Counted from the stretch's first letter, positions 25,954-41,300 are shown. The stretch is DNA of 64,000 nt from Eledone cirrhosa (GCA_964016885.1 OZ024745.1:90148001-90212000), one strand, 5' to 3'. Notes: generated from the letters alone by a model not told the origin. Program-made: numbers and translations.

Positions 25954-26567
25954 TTCCTGAAATTAAACCGTTAGACAGATTACTCCAGAACAACTCTAAC
26001 CCTTGATAAGATTGTAATAGGATCAATATACAATCCATAATTGTGGGTACTGATAAACATTTACTAAAATATAACCAATGTAATGGAAAGGAAAACCTTG
26101 ATGTTAATACTCACAACACATACATTTGAACATTATCGGAACAATTATCACATTTCATCCACCATAAACGATCATAGAAACTGCTTTTCATACCCACGCA
26201 TCTCTGTCTGCTTAGTATGCTTTTATACCTGTATTGTATTATGTGATACCGTTGCCATACTGTGATATATATGCTTAGTACCATTGCTTGTTTTTACCCT
26301 GTTATTCTGTATATGCCTAATACCTCTGCACACGTTCTATAAGTTTGCCTATGTACCGCCAACGTCCTCATTTTGCGAGTAACTTTCTTCTTTAATTCTT
26401 CTATAATTGTTGTATTACTCTTTTATAATCGTTATCGCATTCACTGATACTGACCACATCCTCTTCACTCTTTAAATATGACACTGTTACTGACAACAGT
26501 AATATCTACATACCTTTACAATTGTTCTGTGGAATAGGAGGTTGATTATATGTCTAAACTTTGCTAG

Positions 26568-26614
26568 TGCTCCGATGAATCCAAACGAAAGTTTGGAAGA
26601 AACGATTGTCAGCA
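26568..26614 (+). ncRNA. Minimal hammerhead-like motif (core CCGATGA)
   Basis: TGCT-CCGATGA-A-TCCAAAC(GAAA)GTTTGGA-A-GAAA-CGATTG-TC-AGCA, followed by AATAAA. Confidence 0.7.
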
Positions 26615-26659
26615 ATAAAATGTTTTGAGCATAGTTTTGATTATTCTGTAATTTATATG

Positions 26660-26797
<138 letters not shown>

Positions 26798-27149
26798 CAT
26801 ATATATGTATGTATATATATATGTATATATATACGTGGAGAAGTATGGGCCATGTAAGGAACACTTTTTAATTTGTTATGCCCTTGAGAATCCCTTTCAG
26901 ACGAAACGTACGTGGGTGCTGATTTAAATAAACATGTTTTAATGGTTTGTTCTCCTTTATATACTTCTCCACGCTCTGCTTATATTCTCGCCCAGATTTT
27001 AACACTTCTAATATTTAACACTGCAGGCACAAGCATTCAGCACGTTTTGCATATGCTATTGACAAATAACTACATGTATCGCCTATCAATTCTTATCTCT
27101 CTCAATACTTAAATACTCTCTCTATATATATATATATATATACTGTGTG

Positions 27150-27182
<33 letters not shown>

Positions 27183-27184
27183 AT

Positions 27185-27345
<161 letters not shown>

Positions 27346-27366
27346 TGTGTGTGTGTGTGTGTGTGT

Positions 27367-27541
27367 GCATTCCGGGTTCAATCAGGAGTAACCACAGTAA
27401 GTAAGGTACTCAATACATAGCAGAGTATATATTTTTAATATAGAAATGGCTTCTACGGGATTAGAACTGTTTCATTCGAAGGAAATCGTCAGGAAAGCCC
27501 TTCGAACGAAACAGGTCTAGTCCTGTAGAAGCCATTTCTAT
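27367..27541 (-). repeat. Family B HHR-bearing repeat with local foldback; HHR at 27448-27499
   Basis: Minus strand GGC-T-TTC-CTGACGA-TTTCCTTCGAAT-GAAA-CAG(TTCTAATC)CCG-TA-GAAGCC. Inverted copy at 29000-29185. Confidence 0.65.
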
Positions 27542-27565
27542 TTTTATATATTTATACATATATAT

Positions 27566-28465
<900 letters not shown>

Positions 28466-28557
28466 TTTACTCCAGTAAATTGTTGAGTGCTCTAAATCAG
28501 TTATAAACATTTATATTTATATTTGTCGGATTTCCAACATATTAAATACCCCTTCTA

Positions 28558-28623
<66 letters not shown>

Positions 28624-28629
<6 letters not shown>

Positions 28630-28982
28630 GTCAAGCAGAAAAAAAACCAAATTGCTACAAATTTCATACTTGACGACCCAATATATATATATGTATACAT
28701 ATTATAATAGAATATAAAAGAAAAACGAACACAGATATATACATATATATGTTCAAATCGTAAGGGAGCAGATTCGCTAAGGTGAAGAAAATACTAACTA
28801 TAGACAATTGAGTTCGTTGCTTGTCTCAATTTAAGAAAAATCCAGAAAATAAATACAAACCGGAATTGTTGTAACTACCCAGACAACTTGTTGTTTCGTA
28901 TATATATATATTGGGTCGTCAAGTATGAAATTTGTAGCAATTTGTTTGTTTTTTTCTGCAAATTTCATACTTGACCCAATAT
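28624..28982. mobile_element. Two tiny mariner-like MITEs (~28624-28684, ~28908-28982) in TA runs
   Basis: Terminal inverted repeats TATTGGGTC...GACCCAATA. The two copies are inverted relative to each other. Confidence 0.5.
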
Positions 28983-28999
28983 ATATATATATATATATA

Positions 29000-29357
<358 letters not shown>

Positions 29358-29984
29358 CAACAGAGACACAAACCCTCCATCTCAATTTTACTTTTGAAAA
29401 TCATAAGAACTGTGAAACCAGTAAAGTAAATAAATGAATATTCTTAAAAGGCTCCAGTTTCAGTTTCAGTTTTGTTTCCTTATACTTTCTCCCGTGTAGG
29501 ACATCTCGTTTGTTTTTTTTTCGTTTGTTTTTTTAAAATCATTTTCTTATATATGTCTGTTGAGTGAAGTTTCAGAGTGATTTGGCTAATATATTTTGTG
29601 GGGCGAATTAATGTGTAAATATTCCCTCTTTGGCTTGAACAATAATTGATTTTATATTGGTGAAAGAATCGAAGCAGGTCAATTGACAGAGGTTGTGAAA
29701 ATACGCTAAAAAAACTGATGTGTCACGTTTTTGAACTCCAGTTTAGAAATTGTTGTGTTGTGTTTTGTTTTATCGTCTACTTCGTTAGTATTTATGTATG
29801 TATGTATGTAAGGTCCCGTAACTCCTGATAGAGTAGTAGGGGTACCGTATTGGCACACAGCGTTTCTTGGGCATTTTGTAAGCCTGGGGGAGCCCATCCC
29901 TCTCCAGGCCTGAGTACAGCAGATTTCTTCCAGAGAAAGGTAGAAAGTGAGCGAGAGGAAATGAGAAAGAGATATACAAGGATA

Positions 29985-30940
29985 ATCGACCCCAGTACAA
30001 GACTGGACTTTTTGTTATCGACCTCGAAATGACGAAACGTAAAGTTGACCTCGGCGGGATTTAAACTCAGATAGCAGAGAGCCGGAATGAATATCATAAA
30101 GAATTATATCCGACGTTCTAACGACTCTGCCAATTCGTCACATAAGTATTCACATATACTATTGTATAACTAATATATTGCAATGTTTAAATAGAAATTT
30201 ACATTATATATTTCAAAGGCTAGACCTTACTTAACGAAAAGGAAACACGACTGATCATTTCATATATTCACCGTTCTATTATTCTTCGTATTAATAACCT
30301 ATGTAATATCTACACAAGGTACAATACAACAACCAATATATATTTAAAATTAAGAGATGTCGAATGAAATATATTCACTTTATAACAACGCGCAAATTAG
30401 GCGGATTCAATCTTTTCACTAACAATGATAAACATATCTAATTAACTACACTATTATATCAAAGGATTCCATTGAAAGATATTTTTATATTCTGGATTTA
30501 ATAATGGTATCGGATTTAGGCACAAGGTCAACAATTTTGGAAGATGGGAAAGTTGATTAACTCTTTAGCATCTGCATTATTCTATATTTGCTATTGTATT
30601 TTCCCTGTAAAGGTTTTATCTCCCATAATTATCTCACATAATATCGAATCTAGGATATTTTGATCTTATTTATTTTGAGAGCAGTACCTTAACATAAGTA
30701 TGAATGGCCAGTTACAGCTGGTTTTAACAGAAAGAGGTGACAGAATTCTGATCGGATATGGCCGGTGTAAATCTACCCCATTGCGTGACTGGTACTTTAT
30801 TTTATCGACCTCGTAAGGGTGAAAGGCAAAGCTAACCTCGGCGGGATTATATCTCAGAACGTAAAGACGTAAAGAGACGTAACTCTATGACGCAAAGCAT
30901 ATTACCCAACGTTCTATCGATTCTGGCAATCAACCGCCCT
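29985..30940 (-). mobile_element. Two main-family SINE copies (~29985-30140, ~30785-30940)
   Basis: Same B-box and core motifs as the other copies. Confidence 0.75.
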
Positions 30941-31144
30941 TATTCTGTATTTAATAATATTTGCAAATAAAGTATTCACAGACATATTCAGTAACACTGA
31001 ATACAAACATACATAAATGTGTATATATATATATATATTTATATATAAAAACTTAGACCACTGAGCGTGTGCGCATAAACGCACCTGAACCGTGTCGTAT
31101 TTATGAAAGTATTCTATAAGCTCAATGTACAAGAACAGAGCCGT

Positions 31145-32100
31145 TATATGTAAAAGAAATCAAAGAACGCCTACATACTCATTCAATTTTTATTTGCTAA
31201 CAATATTTCATCCATACTATTGGGCAGGAATCATCAGACTTTAAAAATAAAATTACAATGTTGAGTATAGGCTCTACCGAGCTTCGTCACATGAACATTA
31301 GAAATACAATAGAGGGCAAACAGAGGGAGATCGGAAATAGCGAGTATTGAGAGAGTGCATAGTGGGGTTGTTATTCAGCACTACAGCTAAATGCAATGGT
31401 ACAAGCAGATTATTTCAAGATGCAGAAGCACACGGGGTACACAAAAGCAAAAAATATAAACAATAGTTAAAATATATAATAATAAAGTAAAAGGAAAATA
31501 ATAATATAAAGAGATAAAAAAATGTTTAAAAAAGAAAAGTTTTTTTAAGGCACATAAAAAAACAGAAGAAGATATGCGTTGGTCACTATATATAACAGGT
31601 GATTTAGTTCTCCATAACTTAGAGTTATAGGAATACTAAAAGGCTCCCAAGGTACCTTCAGAAATCCCAATTGGGATTTCATTCCTCCCCATAGTATACA
31701 TAATTAAGGTATACTAGTACGTTACGGAATTATGTGGACCATGGGTGCTATACCTGCATATATATACATTCACCACATAAATAAATACAGGCCAAACACA
31801 AGCAAAGCAGGGTTATTGCATGATCAGGCTAAAGCAAATGACATAACAGAAATGGTTAAGTCCCTGAAAAAACACATATCTACCGAAGAGGTTATAAAGA
31901 TAGTGGATTATTAGTAGATAGTAATACAGTCCAGAGTTTACAACATATGGAGATGGTCCTTAAAGTTCATCACCAAAACAAACTTCAATGTAATTTTATT
32001 TTTAAAGTTCTGATGGTCCCTGTCCAACGGTATGGATTAAACATTGTTAGCAAATAAAAATTGTATGAGTATGTAGACGTTCTTTGATTTCTTTTACATA
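31145..32100. repeat. Diverged ~120-bp inverted repeats (31145-31265 / 31985-32100) with an HHR-like core
   Basis: Minus arm reads CTGATGA-TTCC...GGAT-GAAA-TATTG-TT. Stem I is weak. Confidence 0.55.
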
Positions 32101-32294
32101 TATATATATGCGCATAGACACACACGTTACAATACACACGCACGCACGCTCAAACGGACACACTCATACACATACACATATAATACACAAAAGAACTCTA
32201 ACTCACACGTAAAATATATACACATGCATGCACAAAAAATAAAGAATTCACAGATACACACACACACACACACACACAGCAATATGCACACAAA

Positions 32295-32327
32295 TCTATA
32301 TATATAAAACTGAGGATGTCTGTGTGC

Positions 32328-32378
<51 letters not shown>

Positions 32379-32390
32379 TGTGAGTGTGAG

Positions 32391-32426
<36 letters not shown>

Positions 32427-33094
32427 TGTGTGTGTGTGTGTGTATGTGTGTGTGTGTGTGTGTGTGTGCGTGTGTGTGTGTGTGCGTGTGTGTGTGTGAG
32501 TTTGAATCCCTAAAACTCGAGAAGTACCCAACCGATTTTTTTCAAACTTTACATGTGTATTACTAATGTTTCGGGGAGTGTTATGCACATAAAATCAACT
32601 TTTTGATCTCCTAGGGCCCACATTAGGTGAAAAACTGCGTTTTTTTCAGCTTTTTAGGGGTATTTTGAGGCGCTACGTCAGACCGATTTCCTTGAAACTG
32701 TAACTATTTATTATTCAGTCTCTTCTTTATACCCTGAGCAAAGAAAATCCAACTTTTTATGGCCTAGGGCCCGCATTAGGTGAAAAACTTCATTTTTTCA
32801 GCTTTTTTAGTGCTTTATTTAGGCGTTACGTCTAGCCGATTTTCCCGAAATTTAAAGGCATATTATGCACATAAAAAAAAATTAATTTTCTCGATCCCCT
32901 AAGGCCCGCATTAGGTGAAAACCTACATTTTTCCTGTTTCACCGAGGAAAATCTTCAAGATTATCCTGCCATCAGAATATTCGGTTTATTTTCTTTACAT
33001 ATTGTCCAGGCATGCAGTTTTTCCACGATTAGGTCTGTTGTCGGTCCGCGTTCCAAAATACCTTATCCCGTGCAACGCCGGGTACCACTGCTAG
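32295..33094 (+). mobile_element. Non-autonomous Helitron with internal (TG)n and ~150-bp subrepeats
   Basis: A|TCTATATATATAAAACTG start; CCCGTGCAACGCCGGG hairpin then CTAG|T. Confidence 0.85.
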
Positions 33095-33104
33095 TATAAT
33101 ATAA

Positions 33105-33662
33105 GACCAACAACACTAACAACTACAACACTAACGCCAACACCACCAACAACAATAGCAAGAACACCAACACTAACACCACCAACAACAACAGCAATAA
33201 CACCAACACCAACAACACCACCAACAACCACAACACCAACAACAACACCACTATCACCACCAACTCCAACACCAACGCCAACACCAACACACCACCAACG
33301 CCAACAATACCAACACCAATGACAACACCAACAACACTAACAACACCACCAACGCCAACAATACCAACAACACTAACAACACCACCAACGCCAACAATAC
33401 CAACACCAATACCAACACCAATAACACCACCAACAACAACAACAACACCAATACCAACACCACCAACAACAACAGCAATAACACCAACGCCAAAAATACC
33501 AACAACACCAACAACACCAGCAACAATAACAACATTAACAACATCAACAACACCGCCAACGCCAACAATACCAACACCAATAACAACACCAATAACAACA
33601 CTAATAACACCACCAACACCAACACCAATAACACCACCAACGCTAGTACCAACACCAACAAC
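33105..33662. repeat. (AAC/ACC)n low-complexity minisatellite
   Basis: Degenerate trinucleotide repeat. Confidence 0.9.
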
Positions 33663-34399
33663 TATTTGTTACATATATTACCAATGTTGTTTGCCTTATA
33701 CAGTCTCTTGTATTAGGGAACAAAGCTAATCCGAACATTTACTTGACATCATTAGTGAAAGTTTCAATGATCTGAATGAAGTCATCTTAAAACAGCATGA
33801 AGCCAATGATGATTATTTTAGTTGTGTATCAACGTAACGAATAACATTATAACAAACATTGGAAAACCACTGCTTGCTTTCAGGCAGGTATAATGCAATG
33901 AGAAAGGAAAATGACGCTCATACGTAGCTTTTGTTGAAAGTGTTATTATGTAAGGTAGTCTATTTGTACTGTATGTTGTCAAGCTTCGCCTGACGACTAT
34001 CTAGTTGTCATTATATCGAATATAATGACATACGCAGTGAATTCCAGTGTGAATGAGCATATTATGCTTAATTAAAGAAAATAGGCAAGAGCGTGTTTTA
34101 TTCCGTTCAGACGGATGATTTATAGTGGTGTGAGACATGGAATAAAGGTTGATAAAGACGAAATATTCCGATACCGGCTGTGCTTTTAACAAAGGATATA
34201 CATGCAAGCATGAATATGCAAATTATGTGTTTGTGCACGCTCGTGTGTGTGTGTGTGTATGCGTGTATGTGTTTGGTTGTCTGTGCATATATATATATGT
34301 GTGCGTATATGCATATGTATCTCTATACATATCTTGCCAATATATATATATTATTCAAAATATTAATAAATGAAAAATATTCTCATAACCAAAATATAT

Positions 34400-34460
34400 A
34401 TTTTATAATACATATTTCAAAGGTACAATGGTGTTTAAGTACGTTTTCATCAGATAAAAT
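34400..34460 (-). ncRNA. Minimal hammerhead ribozyme (distant family A relative)
   Basis: ATTTTAT-CTGATGA-AAACGTAC...GTACCTTT-GAAA-TATGTA-TT-ATAAAAT. Confidence 0.7.
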
Positions 34461-36414
34461 ATATGCGAGATTGGATATGCGACATACCGCTACGGTTTTG
34501 ATTATTCAATTCCAATAGTGGCAGTGATTTATTTCACCAACCCTCAACGTTTTTATACCACAAATAATATAAACTTAGAGAAGAAGAGGACGTAAAGTAA
34601 GGTAGAAACATAGAAGGGGAGTTGAGATGGAAGATGTGAAAAAAAAGAAGGGAAATAAATAAATAAAAGAAGAAAAGGAAAGATGCAGAGAGAAAAGAAG
34701 GGGAATAAAAAACAGAAGAAAGGGAAGATTCGGGGAGATAAAAGAAAAAAGAAAAAAGAAGGGGAGTAAAGAAAAGAAACGAAGAAAAGGAAAAGGAAAG
34801 GATAAATTTGAGGAGAGAATAAAAACCGTTGTATTTAAAATTTAAAATATTTTCCTAATATTTATCAGTGAATACCGCTTGTATTGGATTACGCTTTAGT
34901 TAATTATAAGTTTATATTATATCTAGATTATTAGGCATAGATTACTTCCTATAGCAATCAAATATTTAAGTTAATTCCAAATTTATATGCTTAAATTAAT
35001 TTAATTTAATTTAGCTTATTCTAGATTATGACAATTTTTTATTATAAGGTAAGATATTCTCTTAATATTATACTACAACTTTAAAACAATTCATCTTAAA
35101 GCCTAATTAAATAACTATTAAATATATATTAAAATATATTAAAATGCATATATCCACATCAATATATATAATATATTTTGTTCATTTATTATCTAAATTA
35201 ATTTAAAATTTTAAATTCACTTTTTGTGAAACTTCGTTATTTTTTCATTTTCATTTATTTTTTAGAGTCTAACTGTGGTTATATTTACTCTCCCTAAATT
35301 TTATTTCATTTAATGAATGGTTATATTTACTTCTATATTTAATTATTCTGATATATATAGTTTACTTTTAATGATAGTCTATGTATTATTAAACTATTAA
35401 TTATTATTTATTAATTCATATTTTATATTTTATTTATGTTTTTACAAGCTAATAAAAAGTTTTCGGACAATGTAAACAAAAGGAAGATAACTCTTTTACA
35501 ATGTAAAAGCATTTTTTAACTTAGAGGGAATCACTTCTCTCACGTCCAGCGATATTTTAAGAACCTTAAACTATCTATTGTATATATCTTAATTGATGTC
35601 TAGTTAAATATTGAGCTATCCTAAGTGTATATATGTATGTATGTGTATGTATGTGTGTATGTATATATGTGTGTGTATGAGTGTGTATATATATATAGAT
35701 ATATATATATTTAAATGTATAGAAGGTTGGGCGTATGTATATGTGCGCGCGTATGTATGTATATATGTATATGTGTATGTTTGAGTAGGATATGCTTATC
35801 CCAATTGATACAGAGCGTGAAGAAAACAGCCGTCAAAAGGCTCGTGGCGGGATGTATCAACAAGTGGGTGTGAATGGGTCCGTGCAAGTGAGGGAGAGAC
35901 GGTGTGCGAGTATATATACTTCGTGGTATGTATGTGGGGGGGGGTCTGCGCATGTAGGCGTACGCCTTGTATGCATAGATGGGTATGTGTCTGCATGTGT
36001 GTGTGTTGTTATGTGTGTATTTTAGGATGTGTGGGTGCTTACTCTGAAGTGTGACTAGACGTGTGAAGTACTGAACCCAGCATGACTCCATTGAAATGTG
36101 TCGGACGGAAAATGGTTGATGAACCGTGTGGCAGCAGATACTGACCAGAACTTGTGATGACGTGAAGTAAAAACAGCCAATGGCATGTCAGTGGAAATAG
36201 GGTTTTTTGAGGGTGTTTGTTGATGATAACACCCCAGTGATAAAATTTGCTCCGGACGTAACACCCATGTCTGAAAGAACCCGCAGAAGTAGAATCAGCC
36301 AGATCCATACAAGGACCATGACTCGAGCTACATGCCGGCGAAACATTTGTAACACGAAATAAACTAAGTCCAGATGCATCACTGATTTTTCATTTTCTTT
36401 ATAATATATATATA

Positions 36415-36711
36415 TACAATATGTTGAAAAGGTAACACACTAGAGACAGATACAGTGCGCCATCAATAAAACAGGGAAAAACCACCAGTGAATGGAATCG
36501 ATAACCTAGGTTATCTATTCCATACACTGGTGGTTTTTCCTATTGATTCCATACACTGGTGGTTTTTCCCTGTTTTATTGATGGCGCACTGTATCTCTCT
36601 CTAGTGTGTTACCTTTTCAACATATTGTATTTTAAAGTGCCCAGAATTTCCTCTCCTTTGAGCACATTATTTACAGGGAACGGCGAGAGTCTATGGCTCC
36701 GTTAATGTATC

Positions 36712-36749
<38 letters not shown>

Positions 36750-37770
36750 CGTTTTTGAATTTGTTTTGCAAGATTTCTTACCTGAAAATGTGTGTTGAAA
36801 TAAATATTGTTATACTTTGAGGGGGGAGGGGGTTATGCTGCCAATAAAAACACACGCACCTGTTTGTTTTCACTTCAATTTATTATAGTTTTCCGGTTGG
36901 CTGGCTGGTTGGTTGGGTCGATAACTAGATGGTTATTTATATATTGTCAAAGCTTATCGAACCAACCAACCAACCGGCAATGTATAATAAACTGAAGTGA
37001 AAACCAGCAGGTAAGTGTGTTTTTATTGGCAGCATGACCCTCCCAAAGTATTGCAATATATATATATATATGTATATATCACGATAAATTAACGGAGGCA
37101 TAGGCCGTCGTTATTCCCTGTAAATAATGTGCTCAAAGGAGAAGAGATCCTGAGCCCTTTAAAATATAATATGTTGAGAAGGTAACACACCAGAGAGAGA
37201 TATATAGTGCGTTATCAATATTATATTTTAAAGGGCTCAGGATCTCTTCTCCTTTGAGCACATTATTTACAGGGAATAACGACGGCCTATGCCTCAGTTA
37301 ATTTATCGTGATATTTCGCTCCTAATAACAGTCTTTCCTATCTCTGTTCGGTTGAGCACACTTCTCTGAGTGGCTTTGGGCTGCCCTTTCTAGCAGTTCG
37401 TCTCTCAGAGGCCACTGGTTCACTGCCCCTAAACACGCTGTGACTTCTCTCTCCCACGTGTAGCTGGACAATCAATTGTAAAATTCTCTTAGTGTTGTCT
37501 GAAATGTATGGCCTTACACACGCTGATGAACCGAGACAAGACCATTTCTTTCAACAAATTTTTTGGTGAAACATATCTTTGGATTTGTACGTGTGTTATA
37601 TAGTTATAAAGGTATTTATTTACGCTTTAATTTATATTTTTAATTATCGTGTCTATAGTCTGCTTTTCATAGGTTATAGATTCCATACACTGGTGGTTTT
37701 TTCCCTGTATTATTGATAACGCACTATATATCTCTCTCTGGTGTGTTACCTTCTCAACATATTATATATG
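36415..37770. repeat. Foldback cluster of family C repeats (36415-36713, 37080-37767) and an inverted pair related to the PLE pseudo-LTR at 5500-5730 (36745-37058)
   Basis: Direct and inverted matches readable by eye between the segments. Confidence 0.85.
37516..37596 (+). ncRNA. Type I hammerhead ribozyme in the family C unit
   Basis: ACACACG-CTGATGA-ACCGAGA...TTTTGGT-GAAA-CATATC(TTTG)GATTTG-TA-CGTGTGT. Confidence 0.8.
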
Positions 37771-37803
37771 TATATATAAACACATTATTTTTATATAAGT
37801 ATA

Positions 37804-38618
37804 CTAGCAGTAAAGCCCGGCGTTGCTCGGGGTCGCTCAGTAGCTGTGTTAAAGTTACAATGTTAAGTTTCTTTCTTGGCTTAAAAACTGTAGTGTCTAC
37901 TGTGCAGACTTGCATGTGGTGTTTTTGATTAATATTCCCTCAACCAACAATATGCCTTATGAAGTTAAGAAAACATAACGATAACCCGAATGTTATAACA
38001 AAAGAGGATGCTGGGGATAGAAACTGCACTGGTTATTTATTAACAAAGATCGAAAATGTAAACACTGCAACGCAGAGAAAAACATTAGCGTAACCAAATT
38101 ATCAGTTATGTCTGTCTGCACGCCTATATCACCTCTCTGCACGACTGTCTGTCTGCACGCCTGAAATATTTGCTTGTTTTACGTAGTCTTTAAATAGACT
38201 TGTTTTCAAGTAAAAATATTGTTTTAAAATGCTTTTAAATGGAAATGAAGCAAAACGGAAGCTTAGTGTTCGAACTGATGAATTTTGCAGGTCAATATTT
38301 TGCTGGCTCGACAACTGTTCGTGTATTGTGTTAATGTCATTTTAAACGCTGAGAAAGCCAGCGTAATTTTTTACGTAAGACGCTCAATGTAAACAGAACA
38401 AAGGGAAATAACTGATAACTTACACTCAAAAATCGATACATTATATTCAATTTCGTCACATAGGGTTGGTCAATTTGAAATATTTTTTTTCCGATGTCTT
38501 CGCTAGGGCTCAATGTACAAGTATAGCAATTTCGGTGCAATTCCGTCAGAGATTCTAAGAGGAGATGTGTGCCAAAAATCGATAGACAGACAGACAACCA
38601 CAGTTTTATATATATAGA
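37804..38618 (-). mobile_element. Non-autonomous Helitron
   Basis: Same 5' end TCTATATATATAAAACTG as the element at 32295. 3' hairpin CCCGAGCAACGCCGGG then CTAG. AT target site. Confidence 0.85.
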
Positions 38619-38664
38619 TATACACATATTTTTTTTATATTTACATCTATAATGTATTTAATAA

Positions 38665-38853
38665 TTGTTTCTACTTTTTGGCACAAGGCCAGCAATTACC
38701 CAGTGCATTACTGGTACTTTATTTTATCGACCCCGTAAGTATGAAAGGCAAAGTTAACCTCGGCGGGATTTGAACTCAGAATGGCAAGGGCCGTAACTCT
38801 ATGCGTCAAAGCATGGCATCCGACCCTCTACCGATACTGCCAATCCACCGCCT
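38665..38853 (-). mobile_element. Full-length main-family SINE
   Basis: A box, B box (GAGTTCAAATCC), core and 3' end all present. Confidence 0.88.
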
Positions 38854-39219
38854 ATAATGTATTTAATAATGTGTGTATATAATACACACATTATTAAATA
38901 CATTATTGACATTCCAAATACCAAACTAAGAGAAATCTTTGACCGCCACAAAACTAAACATCTAAAGTCATTTAATCTTCTTCTTTGACGTTCTGTGTTC
39001 AAATGTTTTAGCATTTACTTTGTTTTCCATCGATGATTTTAAAGTACCAGTCACATATTCGGGCCAATAGAAACTACCGTACTCCTCACAAATATCAGAA
39101 AGGGCCATTGTATTGTGGAACGGAAAAAAATGGTCTATCACTCTATTACGTGTTCCAGCCGACAGGTTAAGGTCATGCTGGGGCACCGTTACGATTGTAA
39201 AGCAAACAACAGAACTTAC

Positions 39220-39342
39220 CTGTGCCACCGAAAGCTCCACCTGTTGCTTTATAAAGTTCCCGCAATAAACCACTACTTTCTAACTCGTGAACAGTAATGT
39301 CAACCGTACCTCCGCCGCAATCCACCACCATGTATCTCATAC
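39220..39342 (-). CDS. HSPA12: Internal exon, heat shock 70 kDa protein 12A/B-like
   Basis: ttttcag|...|gtaagt, 123 nt, phase 1-1. (G)[40 protein letters not shown] contains the Hsp70 DxGGGT motif. In phase with the upstream exon. Absent from the ORF track. Confidence 0.95.
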
Positions 39343-39574
39343 CTGAAAATTTAAATTATTTTGGTCATACATCACACAGAAAAGTCCCATGTAAAGAAGA
39401 AAGGTAAGATCTATATATATTATTATTTTGGATGTGTGGAAAATATTGTTGTAAGTAGTGCTAATACGTGTCTACAAAATGACCCTGTGATAAACAGGCG
39501 AAACTCCAGAGTAACCAGTTTCACTTTTTAGCCTTTATAAAATGAATATTAAAACTCTACTTCAGGATTTTACA

Positions 39575-39658
<84 letters not shown>

Positions 39659-39768
39659 TCTCTCTCTCTCTCTATCTATCTATCTCTCTGTATATATAAA
39701 TATTTTTATTGGCAGCATGCAAATATATAATTAAAAAAGATTTCGCTCCACATTGCTGAATACAATAA

Positions 39769-39959
39769 ATGTAATCTGAATTTTTCGAATATTAATAATA
39801 ATATTCGATTCGTTTGCAATTATACAAACAAGCCTCATGCAAACACAAGAGCAAGAATAGGGGGTTCGTTCTACTGACATGACTTTCAAAATGAGGCTTG
39901 TTTGCATAATTGCAAACGAATTAAATATTATTATTAATATTCGAAAAACTCAGATTACA

Positions 39960-39962
<3 letters not shown>
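39769..39962. repeat. ~80-bp inverted repeat pair inside the HSPA12 intron
   Basis: Arms ~39769-39838 and ~39891-39961 are near-perfect reverse complements. Confidence 0.85.
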
Positions 39963-40003
<41 letters not shown>

Positions 40004-40463
40004 GGTTAATTAGTCACTAATACCCAAACATCTCAAAGAAAGAAATCTCTCAGAGAAACAATATTATATATTAAAATTAATTGAGAAATAACTCTAATTA
40101 CGGGAGTATAAACAAGAGGGACGGAAACATATGTTTCGTCTAACTTCGCTTATAGTTAGATCTCCCTACCATGGTTTTGTATGGGGAAGAACGATTATTG
40201 GAATTACCAATAATTCAAGAACCGCCATAGTCTTCAGGAGGGTTAGATTCTTCAAGTCTAAGAGAAATAGAACAAGATGTAATACATACTGTTTCCAAAC
40301 CCAAGGAAGCAGGTAACATAATACCACGTGATACGTTCTCAAATCCCTTAAGATATTATGACTGCTTAACAGACTTATAATTTCGCTAGAAATAGCAGCC
40401 TAAAGTCCGTCCGGTACAGCTCGACAAATTTCGGAGCAGTTTAATATTAATCAAATATATATA

Positions 40464-40638
40464 CAATGAAATTCCGTTATAACGAATTTCACGGAGTATA
40501 AAGAAAATTCGCTGCAACGGAAAAATCTTTATAATGAGACCGATCTAACACATTGAGCGTGTGACCGGGGATTGAAAAATATTTCGTTATACTGAAAAAT
40601 TCGTTATAATTGTATTCGTTATAACGGAATTTTACCTG
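40464..40638. mobile_element. Tc1/mariner (pogo/Tigger-like) MITE
   Basis: TIR CA(A/G)..AAATTCCGTTATAACGAAT at both ends, flanked by TA. Confidence 0.75.
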
Positions 40639-41104
40639 TATATACAAGCTCTGGAATGTTATCATCTTCAGTGCCGAGTTGAAGACTAAGAACATTACCA
40701 ATAACATTCCAAAGTAGACAGGCTTTAACAAAAGCTAAGAACTGTACCGTTCTCAATGGCGGCCATACAGCATGCCGGACACTAACCCTGAATCCCTAAA
40801 TGTGTGTGCGTATCTGTGACTGCGCCTCTTCCTGTCTGTGTTTGTGTGTGTCTGTGTGTGTGTGTGTGTATGCGTGTGTGTTTGTGTGTGTGTTTGTGTT
40901 CGTGTGTGTTTGTGTTGTGTTCGTGTGTGTTTGTGTTGTGTTCGTGTGTGTGTGTGTGTGTGTGTGTGCGTGTGTGTTCGTGCGTGTTTGTGTTCGTGTG
41001 TGTTTGTGTTGTGTGTGTGTGCGATCTCCGACGTAACAGTAGTCAATAAAAGAACAGAAGAATCTCCTTTGAGATTGTTTGGTAACATCAGTACAATATC
41101 TTAC

Positions 41105-41300
41105 CGGGTATTAAATCTGAACACGCCATCTCCATGTTGATAATCTCAGGACTTTTTTTATTTGGCGATGTTAAAGGATGCAATGTAGGAGTATCCGGTA
41201 CCAACTGATAGAGTCTCAACTTCCTGCAATATATTGAAGCGGCTTCCGGTTCCAGAGCTATAATAAGCTGTTCAGGGTTTGCTACTGAAGCAATCCCGGC
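41105..41300 (-). CDS. HSPA12: Internal exon, heat shock 70 kDa protein 12A/B-like
   Basis: ttttcag|...|gtaaga, 196 nt. [33 protein letters not shown] matches the HSPA12 signature. Confidence 0.95.

Noticed and set aside
33254-33729. Mucin-like Thr/Pro ORF and Leu/Val ORF on the opposite strand
   Set aside because: Degenerate AAC/ACC repeat with no splice or domain support.
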